64,000 bases of DNA, taken from Lachnospiraceae bacterium (lineage in GTDB: Bacteria > Bacillota > Clostridia > Lachnospirales > Lachnospiraceae). The notes under the pieces were generated by a model. The model saw only the letters and a program-made list of their open reading frames with translations. It did not search any database and was not told the origin of the DNA. Positions 9,818 through 18,514 of this stretch are shown here, one piece after another; position 1 is the first letter of the stretch; each line of letters begins with the position of its first letter. Both the position numbers and the translations under genes were made by a program. Where the stretch lies: positions 2,332 to 66,331 of the forward strand of contig JAAWKM010000001.1 of assembly GCA_022797375.1 (NCBI GenBank), written 5' to 3'.

Positions 9818-11623
9818 ATGAAGAAAAAAACAAGCCAGGGGATTGCTGGGTATATGAAATATATATGGAAAGAAAAGAAAAGCATTTATTTTATGGGGCT
9901 TTTGTTTTTTCCTGCTTATATTCTGGCAAATTACCTGCAGGTTTACTTGCCTAAAATGGTAGTTATGGAGCTTGAGGAGAAGAGAAGTGTGTCTTATCTT
10001 GGAGTTTCACTGCTAATAGTTATATCATTGCTTTTGTTAAGCATTATTACCAGGGTTGTAATGCTGTCACGTATAAAATATTCTAACCGTGCTTTAAACC
10101 AGAAGATGCAAAATGAATACAGCCAGAAGTTAATGTATGTTGATTATGCCTGTCTGGAGAATAAGGAGTTTTTAGATTTAAAGAGCAAAGTAAAAGAAAC
10201 ACTTTTTAGTGGCAGTGTTGGTGACGAATGGGAACGTGCTAAAATCGCTGATTTTATGGAGACTCTTATTACACTTGCGGCTGTAACTGGAAATATGGTT
10301 TTATATGTATACTATCTATGCAAATTGTCATATGGAATGGTTATTATACTGGTAGTCATGCCATTTATAATGTATCTTGTCCAGAAGACAGTTATGAGAA
10401 ACGAAGAAAAAAATTCTGTTGGTGCAGCTGATGCCTGGCAGAAGCTGGACTATGTAACAAGGAAAACAGAAGATTTCAGCATGGCAAAGGATATAAGGCT
10501 GTACCAGATGGATGAATGGCTTTCAGGGCTTATAGGGCATTTCTGCAAGGAAAGGCTAAAATATAAAGCTAAAAGTTTATGGTCAAGAGGTACAGTTTCA
10601 GTTATGGCATCGGTTATATTTGGAATATATTATGCATGGCTTTTTGTATTTATATTACGTGGGCTGTGGAATGGAAGTGTAAGCGTTTCAGATGTCGTAT
10701 TTTACTCGGAAATGGGACCGGCGTTATACTTTTTGTTAAGTGAAGATTTTTTAAATAATATAAGAAGGCTGTTCCAGTTGTCTGTTGAATTTCTGCGTTT
10801 TAAGGAATTTATTGATTATGGGGAGAATACAAGGGAGAGAGGCATTCCTGTAAAAGAAGAACCTCCTGCTATATCACTTGAACATGTTTCATTTTCTTAT
10901 CCTGGTGCAAAGACAGAGGTTTTAAAAGATTTGGATTTAACTGTTAAAAAGGGTGAGAAAGTTGCAATAGTTGGTGTAAACGGAGCTGGTAAGACAACAT
11001 TAATGAAGTTAATATGCGGGCTTTTGCAGCCTGTAAGTGGCAGGATTTTATTAAATGGTAAGGATATGGCACAGATGGAACCTGAAGAGCGTTATTCCTG
11101 GTTTTCATGTGCATTCCAGGATATACAGTTCATGCCGCTTAGCATAAAAGAAAATATTTCAATGGTTAAAGATAATGCAGATAATTCAAGGGTATGGGAA
11201 TGTCTTAAACAAGCAGGAATTAAAGATGAAATAGGAAAACTGCCACTTAAATTAGATACACTTATGGAGAAAACGCTTAATAAAAATGCCGTGGATTTTT
11301 CAGGAGGACAGAAACAGAAACTTATACTTGCAAGGGCACTTTACCGTAATGCTGGTGTACTGGTGCTAGATGAACCAACAGCTGCCCTGGATGCCCTGGC
11401 AGAAAATGATATTTATGAGAAATATTCAAAGTTTGCAAAAGGCAAAACATCCTTTTTCGTATCACACCGGCTTTCAAGTACAAGGTTCTGTGACAGGATT
11501 TTACTGATAGATGGCGGAAAGATTGCTGAAGAGGGGACGCATGAGGAGCTTCTTGCAACAAACGGTTTATATTCAAAAATGTTTGAACTGCAGGGCAAAT
11601 ATTATAAGGAGGGTATAGAATAA
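9818..11623 (+). CDS. ABC transporter, fused permease/ATP-binding subunit (exporter type)
   Basis: N-terminal TM domain; Walker A GVNGAGKTT, signature FSGGQKQK, Walker B LVLDEPT. Confidence 0.9.
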   Translation: MKKKTSQGIAGYMKYIWKEKKSIYFMGLLFFPAYILANYLQVYLPKMVVMELEEKRSVSYLGVSLLIVISLLLLSIITRVVMLSRIKYSNRALNQKMQNEYSQKLMYVDYACLENKEFLDLKSKVKETLFSGSVGDEWERAKIADFMETLITLAAVTGNMVLYVYYLCKLSYGMVIILVVMPFIMYLVQKTVMRNEEKNSVGAADAWQKLDYVTRKTEDFSMAKDIRLYQMDEWLSGLIGHFCKERLKYKAKSLWSRGTVSVMASVIFGIYYAWLFVFILRGLWNGSVSVSDVVFYSEMGPALYFLLSEDFLNNIRRLFQLSVEFLRFKEFIDYGENTRERGIPVKEEPPAISLEHVSFSYPGAKTEVLKDLDLTVKKGEKVAIVGVNGAGKTTLMKLICGLLQPVSGRILLNGKDMAQMEPEERYSWFSCAFQDIQFMPLSIKENISMVKDNADNSRVWECLKQAGIKDEIGKLPLKLDTLMEKTLNKNAVDFSGGQKQKLILARALYRNAGVLVLDEPTAALDALAENDIYEKYSKFAKGKTSFFVSHRLSSTRFCDRILLIDGGKIAEEGTHEELLATNGLYSKMFELQGKYYKEGIE

Positions 11624-13500
11624 TGGCAGAAAAAAAACTGACAGTCAAAGAAATGTTAAAGATAAATATACGTGGAATTAATTTTATTTATAAACTTATT
11701 CCCTGGAATTATTTTCTGGGTTTTACATTAATTATAGTATGGGTTTTAATAGACTACTGGACGTATATTTTTCTTGCAATACTTGTTGATAATATAATAA
11801 ACGGGGCAGCAAGGGAGGTTTTAATTAGAAATGTAGTAATTCTTGTTGGCGGCCATATAACATTAGTTGTTTTGCATTGGATTTTAGCACATTACTATTA
11901 TTATTGTGGTTCAAATGTATGGGAACTGGCGAATGTGCAGCTTAACAGGAAAATTATGGACATGGATTATGAATATATGGAATCCAAAGCAATACAGAAC
12001 CTCCGCAGGGATATTGATTCAATGGCAAGGGATAATGCAGATGGAGGAGGACTTAACAAATTGTTCTGGAATGTCCTGCCTGTAATATCGTCTGGGGTTA
12101 ATATTTTGATAATGTTATTTTATACAATATACCTTGCCAGTAAGAGCAGTATAGTGTTTGCGGGAGAGCCTGCTAAGGCGGTATTAGTTGTATTTTTATT
12201 TATTGCAATTTTTGCATTGCTTATGGCTCTTGCTTTATATAAAAATAATTATGCACAAAAAAATATATACAAGAAAAATGAAGAAATGCTCCCATTATTC
12301 AGACAGATACATTTTTATACAGAAGAATATATTAGTACAGAAAAATGTGGGAAAATTATACGCATGTTCCAGCAGCAGAATTTATTGTCATATTATATAG
12401 AGAGCTTATTTAGTAAACTAAATGGTAAAGTTAATTCTATAGGGCGTCTGGATGAAACCAGGAATGCATGGTCTGGCATTATAGAAACTGTTTTTTCAGG
12501 GTTAATTTATTTTATACTGGGTGTAATGGTACTGAATAATGCTATATCTGTTGGCAGCGTGTGTTTGTATGCTGGATGTATAAGCAGGTTTTTATTTTAC
12601 TTTAGCAAATTTATAAAAGTATCTACGGAACTTGCAGGTAATACGAAATATGTAAAGATGTATTTTGATTTTCTGGATATACCAAATAAAAAATATAAAG
12701 GGACACTTCCAGTGGAAAAAAGGGATGATAATAAATTCGCAATAGAATTCCATAATGTTTCTTTCCGTTATCCAGGTTCATCAAAGTATGTGCTTAAGAA
12801 TTTTTCTATTAAGTTTAATATTGGTGAAAGGCTTGCAGTAGTTGGAAAGAATGGTTCAGGCAAGACAACATTTATTAAATTGTTATGCAGGCTGTATGAC
12901 CCAACAGAAGGTGAAATATTCTTAAATGGAATTGATATCAGGAAATATGATTATAAAGAATACCTTTCACTTTTTAGTGTGGTATTCCAGGATTTTAAAA
13001 TTCCTGCTTTGCCATTAGGACAGAATGTTGCAGCTTCGGTGGAATATGACAGGGAAAAAGCAGAAGATGCCCTTAGGCGGGCAGGGCTTTCATCCCTCTT
13101 GGAAAAACTGCCTGATGGGCTTGGCACACCAGTCTATAAAGATTTTGATAAAGACGGTGTGGATATTTCTGGCGGTGAGGCGCAGAAAGTTGCTATTGCA
13201 AGGGCACTTTACCATGATACGCCATTTGTAATACTTGATGAACCAACTGCTGCATTAGACCCGCTGGCAGAATATGAAATTTATTCAAGATTTGATGAAT
13301 TGGTTGGAACAAAAACTGCTGTATATATTTCACACCGTCTTTCAAGCTGCCAGTTCTGTAATGACATACTTGTGATTGATAATGGAAAGGCAGTGCAGAG
13401 AGGCAGCCATGGCAGCCTTATAAAAGAGAAAGAGGGGTTATATTATAAATTGTGGAATACACAGGCAAAATATTATAAAACGGGAAGTGAAGCAGTTTAA
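11623..13500 (+). CDS. ABC transporter, fused permease/ATP-binding subunit (heterodimer partner)
   Basis: GKNGSGKTT, ISGGEAQK, ILDEPT; start overlaps the upstream stop (TAATG). Confidence 0.9.
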   Translation: MAEKKLTVKEMLKINIRGINFIYKLIPWNYFLGFTLIIVWVLIDYWTYIFLAILVDNIINGAAREVLIRNVVILVGGHITLVVLHWILAHYYYYCGSNVWELANVQLNRKIMDMDYEYMESKAIQNLRRDIDSMARDNADGGGLNKLFWNVLPVISSGVNILIMLFYTIYLASKSSIVFAGEPAKAVLVVFLFIAIFALLMALALYKNNYAQKNIYKKNEEMLPLFRQIHFYTEEYISTEKCGKIIRMFQQQNLLSYYIESLFSKLNGKVNSIGRLDETRNAWSGIIETVFSGLIYFILGVMVLNNAISVGSVCLYAGCISRFLFYFSKFIKVSTELAGNTKYVKMYFDFLDIPNKKYKGTLPVEKRDDNKFAIEFHNVSFRYPGSSKYVLKNFSIKFNIGERLAVVGKNGSGKTTFIKLLCRLYDPTEGEIFLNGIDIRKYDYKEYLSLFSVVFQDFKIPALPLGQNVAASVEYDREKAEDALRRAGLSSLLEKLPDGLGTPVYKDFDKDGVDISGGEAQKVAIARALYHDTPFVILDEPTAALDPLAEYEIYSRFDELVGTKTAVYISHRLSSCQFCNDILVIDNGKAVQRGSHGSLIKEKEGLYYKLWNTQAKYYKTGSEAV

Positions 13501-13599
13501 GAAACATGGAACTTTATGTAATTTAAAAATATGCCATAGACATAAGGGTTTTAATTGATAGAAAGGTAAGAAAAATATTTCTGGACAAGGAGGAATTTT

Positions 13600-14349
13600 A
13601 TGGATTCAAAGGAAGCTGTACAAAATGCAAAAGAAAGTTTTGAGAAAATTTTATTAAATAAAAAATACAGTAGTATTATTAAAGATGACAAGCATCTGGA
13701 TTTACTTTTAAATATGCTGCCATTAGAGCAGTATAGTGAAGTGCTTGATATCGGTACAGGTGCTGGTTATCTGGCTTTTCCTGTTGCACAACAGAACAGG
13801 AATTGTAATGTTACAGGAATTGATATTACAGAAAAAGTAATTAAGCAGAACCAGGCTAAAGCAGAAAAGGAGCATATTGCAAATCTGCATTTCTGTTCTT
13901 TTGATGGGATAAATTATCCATTTGCAAATGAGAGCAAGGATATTATTACCTCACGCTATGCGTTCCACCATTTTCCAGATGTGGAAAGTGCAGTAAAACA
14001 AATTGCGGGAATTTTGCGTAAAAAGGGAAAAGTTCTTTTATCTGACCCAGTTAGAAATCCATCTGACAAAGACAGGATTATAGATAAATTTATGAAAGTA
14101 AAAGGAGATGGGCATATTGGTTTTTATACACAAGATGAAATTACCAGTTTATTTTTAAAGCATGGCATTTACCAGACAGATATAAAAATAACTTGTATGG
14201 AATTCCCATTTCCAGAAAAGCAGGAGTATAATACACTATTTAATTCATTAAATAATCAAGAAAAAGCAATGTATAGTATTTATTTGAAGGAAAATATTGT
14301 ATGGGTTGGGAATATAAATGTTGTTAATATATTGATGGAAAAAAGATAG
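13600..14349 (+). CDS. Class I SAM-dependent methyltransferase
   Basis: VLDIGTGAGYLA motif I; ...SRYAFHHF...; SD aaggagg. Confidence 0.8.
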   Translation: MDSKEAVQNAKESFEKILLNKKYSSIIKDDKHLDLLLNMLPLEQYSEVLDIGTGAGYLAFPVAQQNRNCNVTGIDITEKVIKQNQAKAEKEHIANLHFCSFDGINYPFANESKDIITSRYAFHHFPDVESAVKQIAGILRKKGKVLLSDPVRNPSDKDRIIDKFMKVKGDGHIGFYTQDEITSLFLKHGIYQTDIKITCMEFPFPEKQEYNTLFNSLNNQEKAMYSIYLKENIVWVGNINVVNILMEKR

Positions 14350-14462
14350 AAATGTGTATTATAAATTAAATATAAATGACATTATATTGACAATTTAGAG
14401 AACTATAATAAAGCCTGTATACTACTATAGTAGTTGCAAATAAACAGAAGGGAAGAAAGATT

Positions 14463-15434
14463 ATGAAAAACAGAAAAAAATATTTATTATTTACTTTGTT
14501 TACATTAGGCATTTTTGCAGCTGGTATTAACGGGCAGCCGGTAGAAAGGGATACTGCCAGTATTGCCAATGCAGCAGAAACAGGCTTTATTATTAATGAT
14601 GACGGAATATTAACAGGTTATAATGGAACAGATACCAGGGTTGTTATTCCAGATGAGGTAACAGGTATAAATGACTGGGTATTTTCAGGCCGTAAAAAAT
14701 TAACTTCTGTTATAATTCCAGATGGAGTAACAAGTATAGGTGACGGGGCATTTTCAGGCTGTAAAAAATTAACTTCCATTACAATTCCAGAAAAAACAAC
14801 GGTGCTAGGATATAATGTATTTAAGGGCTGTACGTCATTAAAAGAGATTAAGGTTAAAAAAGGTAATGAAAAATACCAGTCTGAAGATGGTGTCTTGTTT
14901 AAAAAGGTAAAATCTGGAACAGAGCTGGTAACATACCCTGCTGCTAAAAGCGGTAAGACATATAAAGTTCCTGCTAAAACAAGCAGTATAGCATCTGGTG
15001 CATTTGCAGACTGTGGGAAATTAACAGGGATTGTGCTTCCTGCCAGCTTAAAAAAGATAGAATATAAAAATGGTTCATTTTTTAGCTTTGCAGGTTTAAA
15101 GAATATAAAAATAAATATGAAAAAAGGCCAGACAATTAATATGTCTTTTGTTATTGATGAAGATAGTGAAGCAGGTCCTGCCATACCAACAATTACAGTA
15201 AAAAATAAAAATATTATTAATGCAAAAATGCCTTCAGACTGGAAAAATAAAAACAGCGGGGACATAGATTATATTGAAGCACGTACTTTCAAAGGGTCTG
15301 TTAAAGCTAAGAAAAAGGGGAAAGCAGAAATTATTGTAAAAAGGGAAGTTGCAGGCCAGAAACAAATTAATGATAAAGAATTTGTATTAGAAAATAAGGA
15401 ATTAAAAACAACAGTGGTGGTTAACGTAAAATAA
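14463..15434 (+). CDS. Secreted leucine-rich repeat (BspA/LRR_5-type) protein
   Basis: Signal peptide; repeated IPD(E/G)VT.I...AFSGCKKLTS(V/I) units. Confidence 0.8.
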   Translation: MKNRKKYLLFTLFTLGIFAAGINGQPVERDTASIANAAETGFIINDDGILTGYNGTDTRVVIPDEVTGINDWVFSGRKKLTSVIIPDGVTSIGDGAFSGCKKLTSITIPEKTTVLGYNVFKGCTSLKEIKVKKGNEKYQSEDGVLFKKVKSGTELVTYPAAKSGKTYKVPAKTSSIASGAFADCGKLTGIVLPASLKKIEYKNGSFFSFAGLKNIKINMKKGQTINMSFVIDEDSEAGPAIPTITVKNKNIINAKMPSDWKNKNSGDIDYIEARTFKGSVKAKKKGKAEIIVKREVAGQKQINDKEFVLENKELKTTVVVNVK

Positions 15435-15601
15435 AAATTTATTTCAGGGTATATTAAGACAGGAAAGGTGTGTTTGTGGCTTTTCCTGTTTTTGCTGCTT
15501 TAGAATAGATAAGAAAAATGATTGCATTTCCAATAATTATATTATACAATTACTAATAGATACTAGATTGTTTTGGTTATTTTGTAAAGGGAGTGGTTTG
15601 T

Positions 15602-16483
15602 ATGAGGAGGTTTATATTAAGAATTGCTGCCCTGCCAGTCTGTATGGCACTGTTTTTAAACGCTGGTGCACATATATCTGGTAATAGTGTAACAGAAAGC
15701 CATACAGCTTGTGCTATAAGCAGGGCAGATAATAACAGGATGGAAAATGCTGCTGGATTACCGCTTTTAGAGAATGCAAGTGTAGAAACAAGTGCAATGT
15801 GTTTTTGGGAATATAATAATAATACAGCAGAATGTTGCTGGCTGTTTGACAAGGATGGGGAACAGGAGATTGTTGATTATATTAATGGAATAAAACCTGG
15901 TGATGTAGTAAAAAGTGTAGATACAGATAAATTAAAAGGTAATATGTATGGTTTAGAAATTGGCAGCAAAGAAGGGGCATTTATAGGTTTTATATGGTAT
16001 GGAGGGTATATATTCCTTGATGATGGCAGGATTTATAAAGCAGATATTGATTTTGCCAGGATTAAGGATTACCAATGGCAGGAAAAAAATAAAATGCCAT
16101 TAACATTATTCCCTAATATACGTTGTATTGCCTTAAAAAATGGTAAATGGAATACAAAGTTTCTTGTGAAAAGCAAGAAAAACCAGCCACATGGCCTGGA
16201 AATTACAAGTGTAAAGATTAAAGGAACAAAACTGGAAGTTAAATTAAAAAATAAGAAAAAGAAAGAAAACTATTATAGTGAGTATTTTTCAGTCCAGGCA
16301 AAATTGGACGGCGTATGGTATGATATACCCGTAAAAGATGATATGGCTTTTAATGATATTGCCTATATAATAAAAGCTGGGGGCAAGGTAAAGAAATCAT
16401 ATGATTTAACTCCATACGGAAAACTGCCTTCTGGCAGGTACCGTATTGTTGCTGAAGGGGCATCAGCAGAATTTAACTTATAA
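15602..16483 (+). CDS. Hypothetical secreted protein
   Basis: Signal-like N-terminus MRRFILRIAALPVCMALF; no recognisable catalytic motif; SD agggag. Confidence 0.55.
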   Translation: MRRFILRIAALPVCMALFLNAGAHISGNSVTESHTACAISRADNNRMENAAGLPLLENASVETSAMCFWEYNNNTAECCWLFDKDGEQEIVDYINGIKPGDVVKSVDTDKLKGNMYGLEIGSKEGAFIGFIWYGGYIFLDDGRIYKADIDFARIKDYQWQEKNKMPLTLFPNIRCIALKNGKWNTKFLVKSKKNQPHGLEITSVKIKGTKLEVKLKNKKKKENYYSEYFSVQAKLDGVWYDIPVKDDMAFNDIAYIIKAGGKVKKSYDLTPYGKLPSGRYRIVAEGASAEFNL

Positions 16484-16602
16484 ATAATCTTATGCCGGGT
16501 GCCATAAAGCAGCAAGATGTTCTGCCAATGGACAGGCTATAGTATTTTATAATCAACATGCGGCACGCAGGCTGCATGATTAAACAGGAGGATTTATTCA
16601 GG

Positions 16603-17280
16603 ATGGAACAGTATAAACAGGAATTTATTACGTTTATGGCAGAAACTGGTGTATTAAAGTTTGGTGAATTTACATTAAAAAGTGGGCGTAAATCCCCGTT
16701 TTTTATGAACGCAGGCTTATATAATACAGGTACACAGCTTATAAGGCTTGGAAAGTATTATGCACAGGCAATACATGAACACTATGGTGATGGCTTTGAT
16801 GTATTGTTTGGGCCTGCATATAAAGGAATACCGCTTAGTGTTGCTACAGCTATGGCATACAGCACACTTTATAACAAAGATATAAGGTATTGTTCTAACC
16901 GTAAAGAAATTAAAGACCATGGGGACAAGGGCATTTTACTTGGAAGCAGCCTGAAAGATGGAGACAGGGTAGTTATTGTTGAGGATGTAACTACTTCTGG
17001 CAAATCTATTGAAGAGACATTTCCAATTATTAAAGCACAGGCAGATATAGAAATTAAAGGCCTGGTAGTTTCATTAAACCGCATGGAAAGAGGGCTTTCA
17101 ACAGATAAAACTGCTCTGGATGAAATACAGGAGAAATATGGTTTTCCTGTTAATGCTATTGTGTCTATGGATGATGTTATAGAGTGCCTTTATAATAAAG
17201 AGTGTGGCGGCAAGGTATTAATTGATGATAATATAAAAGAAGCTATTGATGAATATTATAAACAGTATGGTGTAAAATAA
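16603..17280 (+). CDS. pyrE: Orotate phosphoribosyltransferase
   Basis: FGEFTLKSGRKSPFFMN, GPAYKGIPL and PRPP motif VVIVEDVTTSGKS. Confidence 0.9.
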   Translation: MEQYKQEFITFMAETGVLKFGEFTLKSGRKSPFFMNAGLYNTGTQLIRLGKYYAQAIHEHYGDGFDVLFGPAYKGIPLSVATAMAYSTLYNKDIRYCSNRKEIKDHGDKGILLGSSLKDGDRVVIVEDVTTSGKSIEETFPIIKAQADIEIKGLVVSLNRMERGLSTDKTALDEIQEKYGFPVNAIVSMDDVIECLYNKECGGKVLIDDNIKEAIDEYYKQYGVK

Positions 17281-17302
17281 TTTGTAAAGGAAAAGGATAA
17301 TT

Positions 17303-17455
17303 ATGGGCGAAAAAATATATAAAACTATGAAGTCAGTTGGTGCTTTTAATATTGTTATGGGAATTCTTTTAATTGTAACCGGAATTTGTACAGGGATTCT
17401 GGTTATTACTAATGGTGCAAGGCTTCTTAAAGACAAGTCAGAAATTATATTCTGA
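17303..17455 (+). CDS. Small (50-aa) membrane protein, hypothetical
   Basis: Below the ORF-track cut-off. ATG at 17303 after aaaggaaaagga; encodes MGEKIYKTMKSVGAFNIVMGILLIVTGICTGILVITNGARLLKDKSEIIF, which includes a clear TM helix. Confidence 0.45.
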   Translation: MGEKIYKTMKSVGAFNIVMGILLIVTGICTGILVITNGARLLKDKSEIIF

Positions 17456-17472
17456 CAGAAGGGACATGCCTG

Positions 17473-18444
17473 GTGAAAGGAATAATTCTTGGGCTTTATA
17501 ATGGTTTCAGGTGTAGTGCAGGCAGTTGTAATTATACATGCTGTTCTGGCTGGCGGATTGTAGTATCTGATGAAGATTTTAAGCGTTTTGGAAATATCCA
17601 GGATAGAGTTTTAAGGGAAGATATATTGTCAAATATTTATAAAGCAGACGGGACCAGATATTTTTCTACAAAGAGTGGCGGAAAGTGCAGTATGCTTGAT
17701 AAAGACGGGCTTTGCAGGATACAGAGAAATGCGGGTGAGGAAATGCTTTGCAATACATGCCGCAAGTTTCCGAGACTTGCTGCAAAACATAACGGGCTGT
17801 TATGGATTTCTATGGCGGCTTCGTGTCCAGTAACAGCAGATTATATTGTAAATAAGGAAATAGAATTTTATAAACTTGGCAATAAAGGGGATATCTCTGC
17901 AATTAAGATGCAGGATATTCCTTTTATTGCAAGTGAAATGTGTAAATATAGAGAAATATTTGAAAGATATATAACAAGCAAAAGGACAGCACAGGATTAC
18001 ATATATATGTATAACTGTTTTATGGAAATTGCAGATGATATTCTGGGAACTATAATAAAATATAAAGAAATTGTTTATCTGGAAGGCAGTTTTGATTATT
18101 TTGAGAAAGAAAAAAGTGCAGCACAGATTGTTTTACAGTTTGAAGAATTTGATAGTTTTGTAAAAGAGAGATATAAAAATGCTTTTGCAAATTATTTAGA
18201 ATACAGGATATTTAGCAGATATCTTGAATTACCAGATGAAAAACAAGCTGAAAGGTTCTGCCAGGTTTATGGAGAACTGGAGCTGGTTTATATAATTGCT
18301 TTAAACCAGTATTTTACTATTCCAGGTGGCAGGGACAGTGTAGAGTTGGAAAAGATAATAAACTGGGTATACAGATTGTGTGCACATGGGCTTGGAACTG
18401 GAATGGAAGTCCATGAAATGTTCTGTAAGGGGCGGACTTGCTAA
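17473..18444 (+). CDS. FliB-like (flagellin lysine-N-methylase family) Cys-rich protein
   Basis: FRCSAGSCNYTCCSGWRIVV...GKCSMLDKDGLCRIQ...CNTCRKFPR Cys clusters typical of the FliB/YkgJ family; GTG start. Confidence 0.65.
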   Translation: MKGIILGLYNGFRCSAGSCNYTCCSGWRIVVSDEDFKRFGNIQDRVLREDILSNIYKADGTRYFSTKSGGKCSMLDKDGLCRIQRNAGEEMLCNTCRKFPRLAAKHNGLLWISMAASCPVTADYIVNKEIEFYKLGNKGDISAIKMQDIPFIASEMCKYREIFERYITSKRTAQDYIYMYNCFMEIADDILGTIIKYKEIVYLEGSFDYFEKEKSAAQIVLQFEEFDSFVKERYKNAFANYLEYRIFSRYLELPDEKQAERFCQVYGELELVYIIALNQYFTIPGGRDSVELEKIINWVYRLCAHGLGTGMEVHEMFCKGRTC

Positions 18445-18514
18445 AGTGAAGCCAGGTCATGTACCATATGTATGCAACAGGGTATCTGGATTGTTTTGGA
18501 AGATTGGGGGCTAT

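Noticed and set aside
18380-18514. N-terminal 45-aa extension of the metH ORF overlapping the FliB-like gene
   Set aside because: The extension has no SD. MAKENF at 18515 follows a gggggctat SD and matches normal MetH N-termini.
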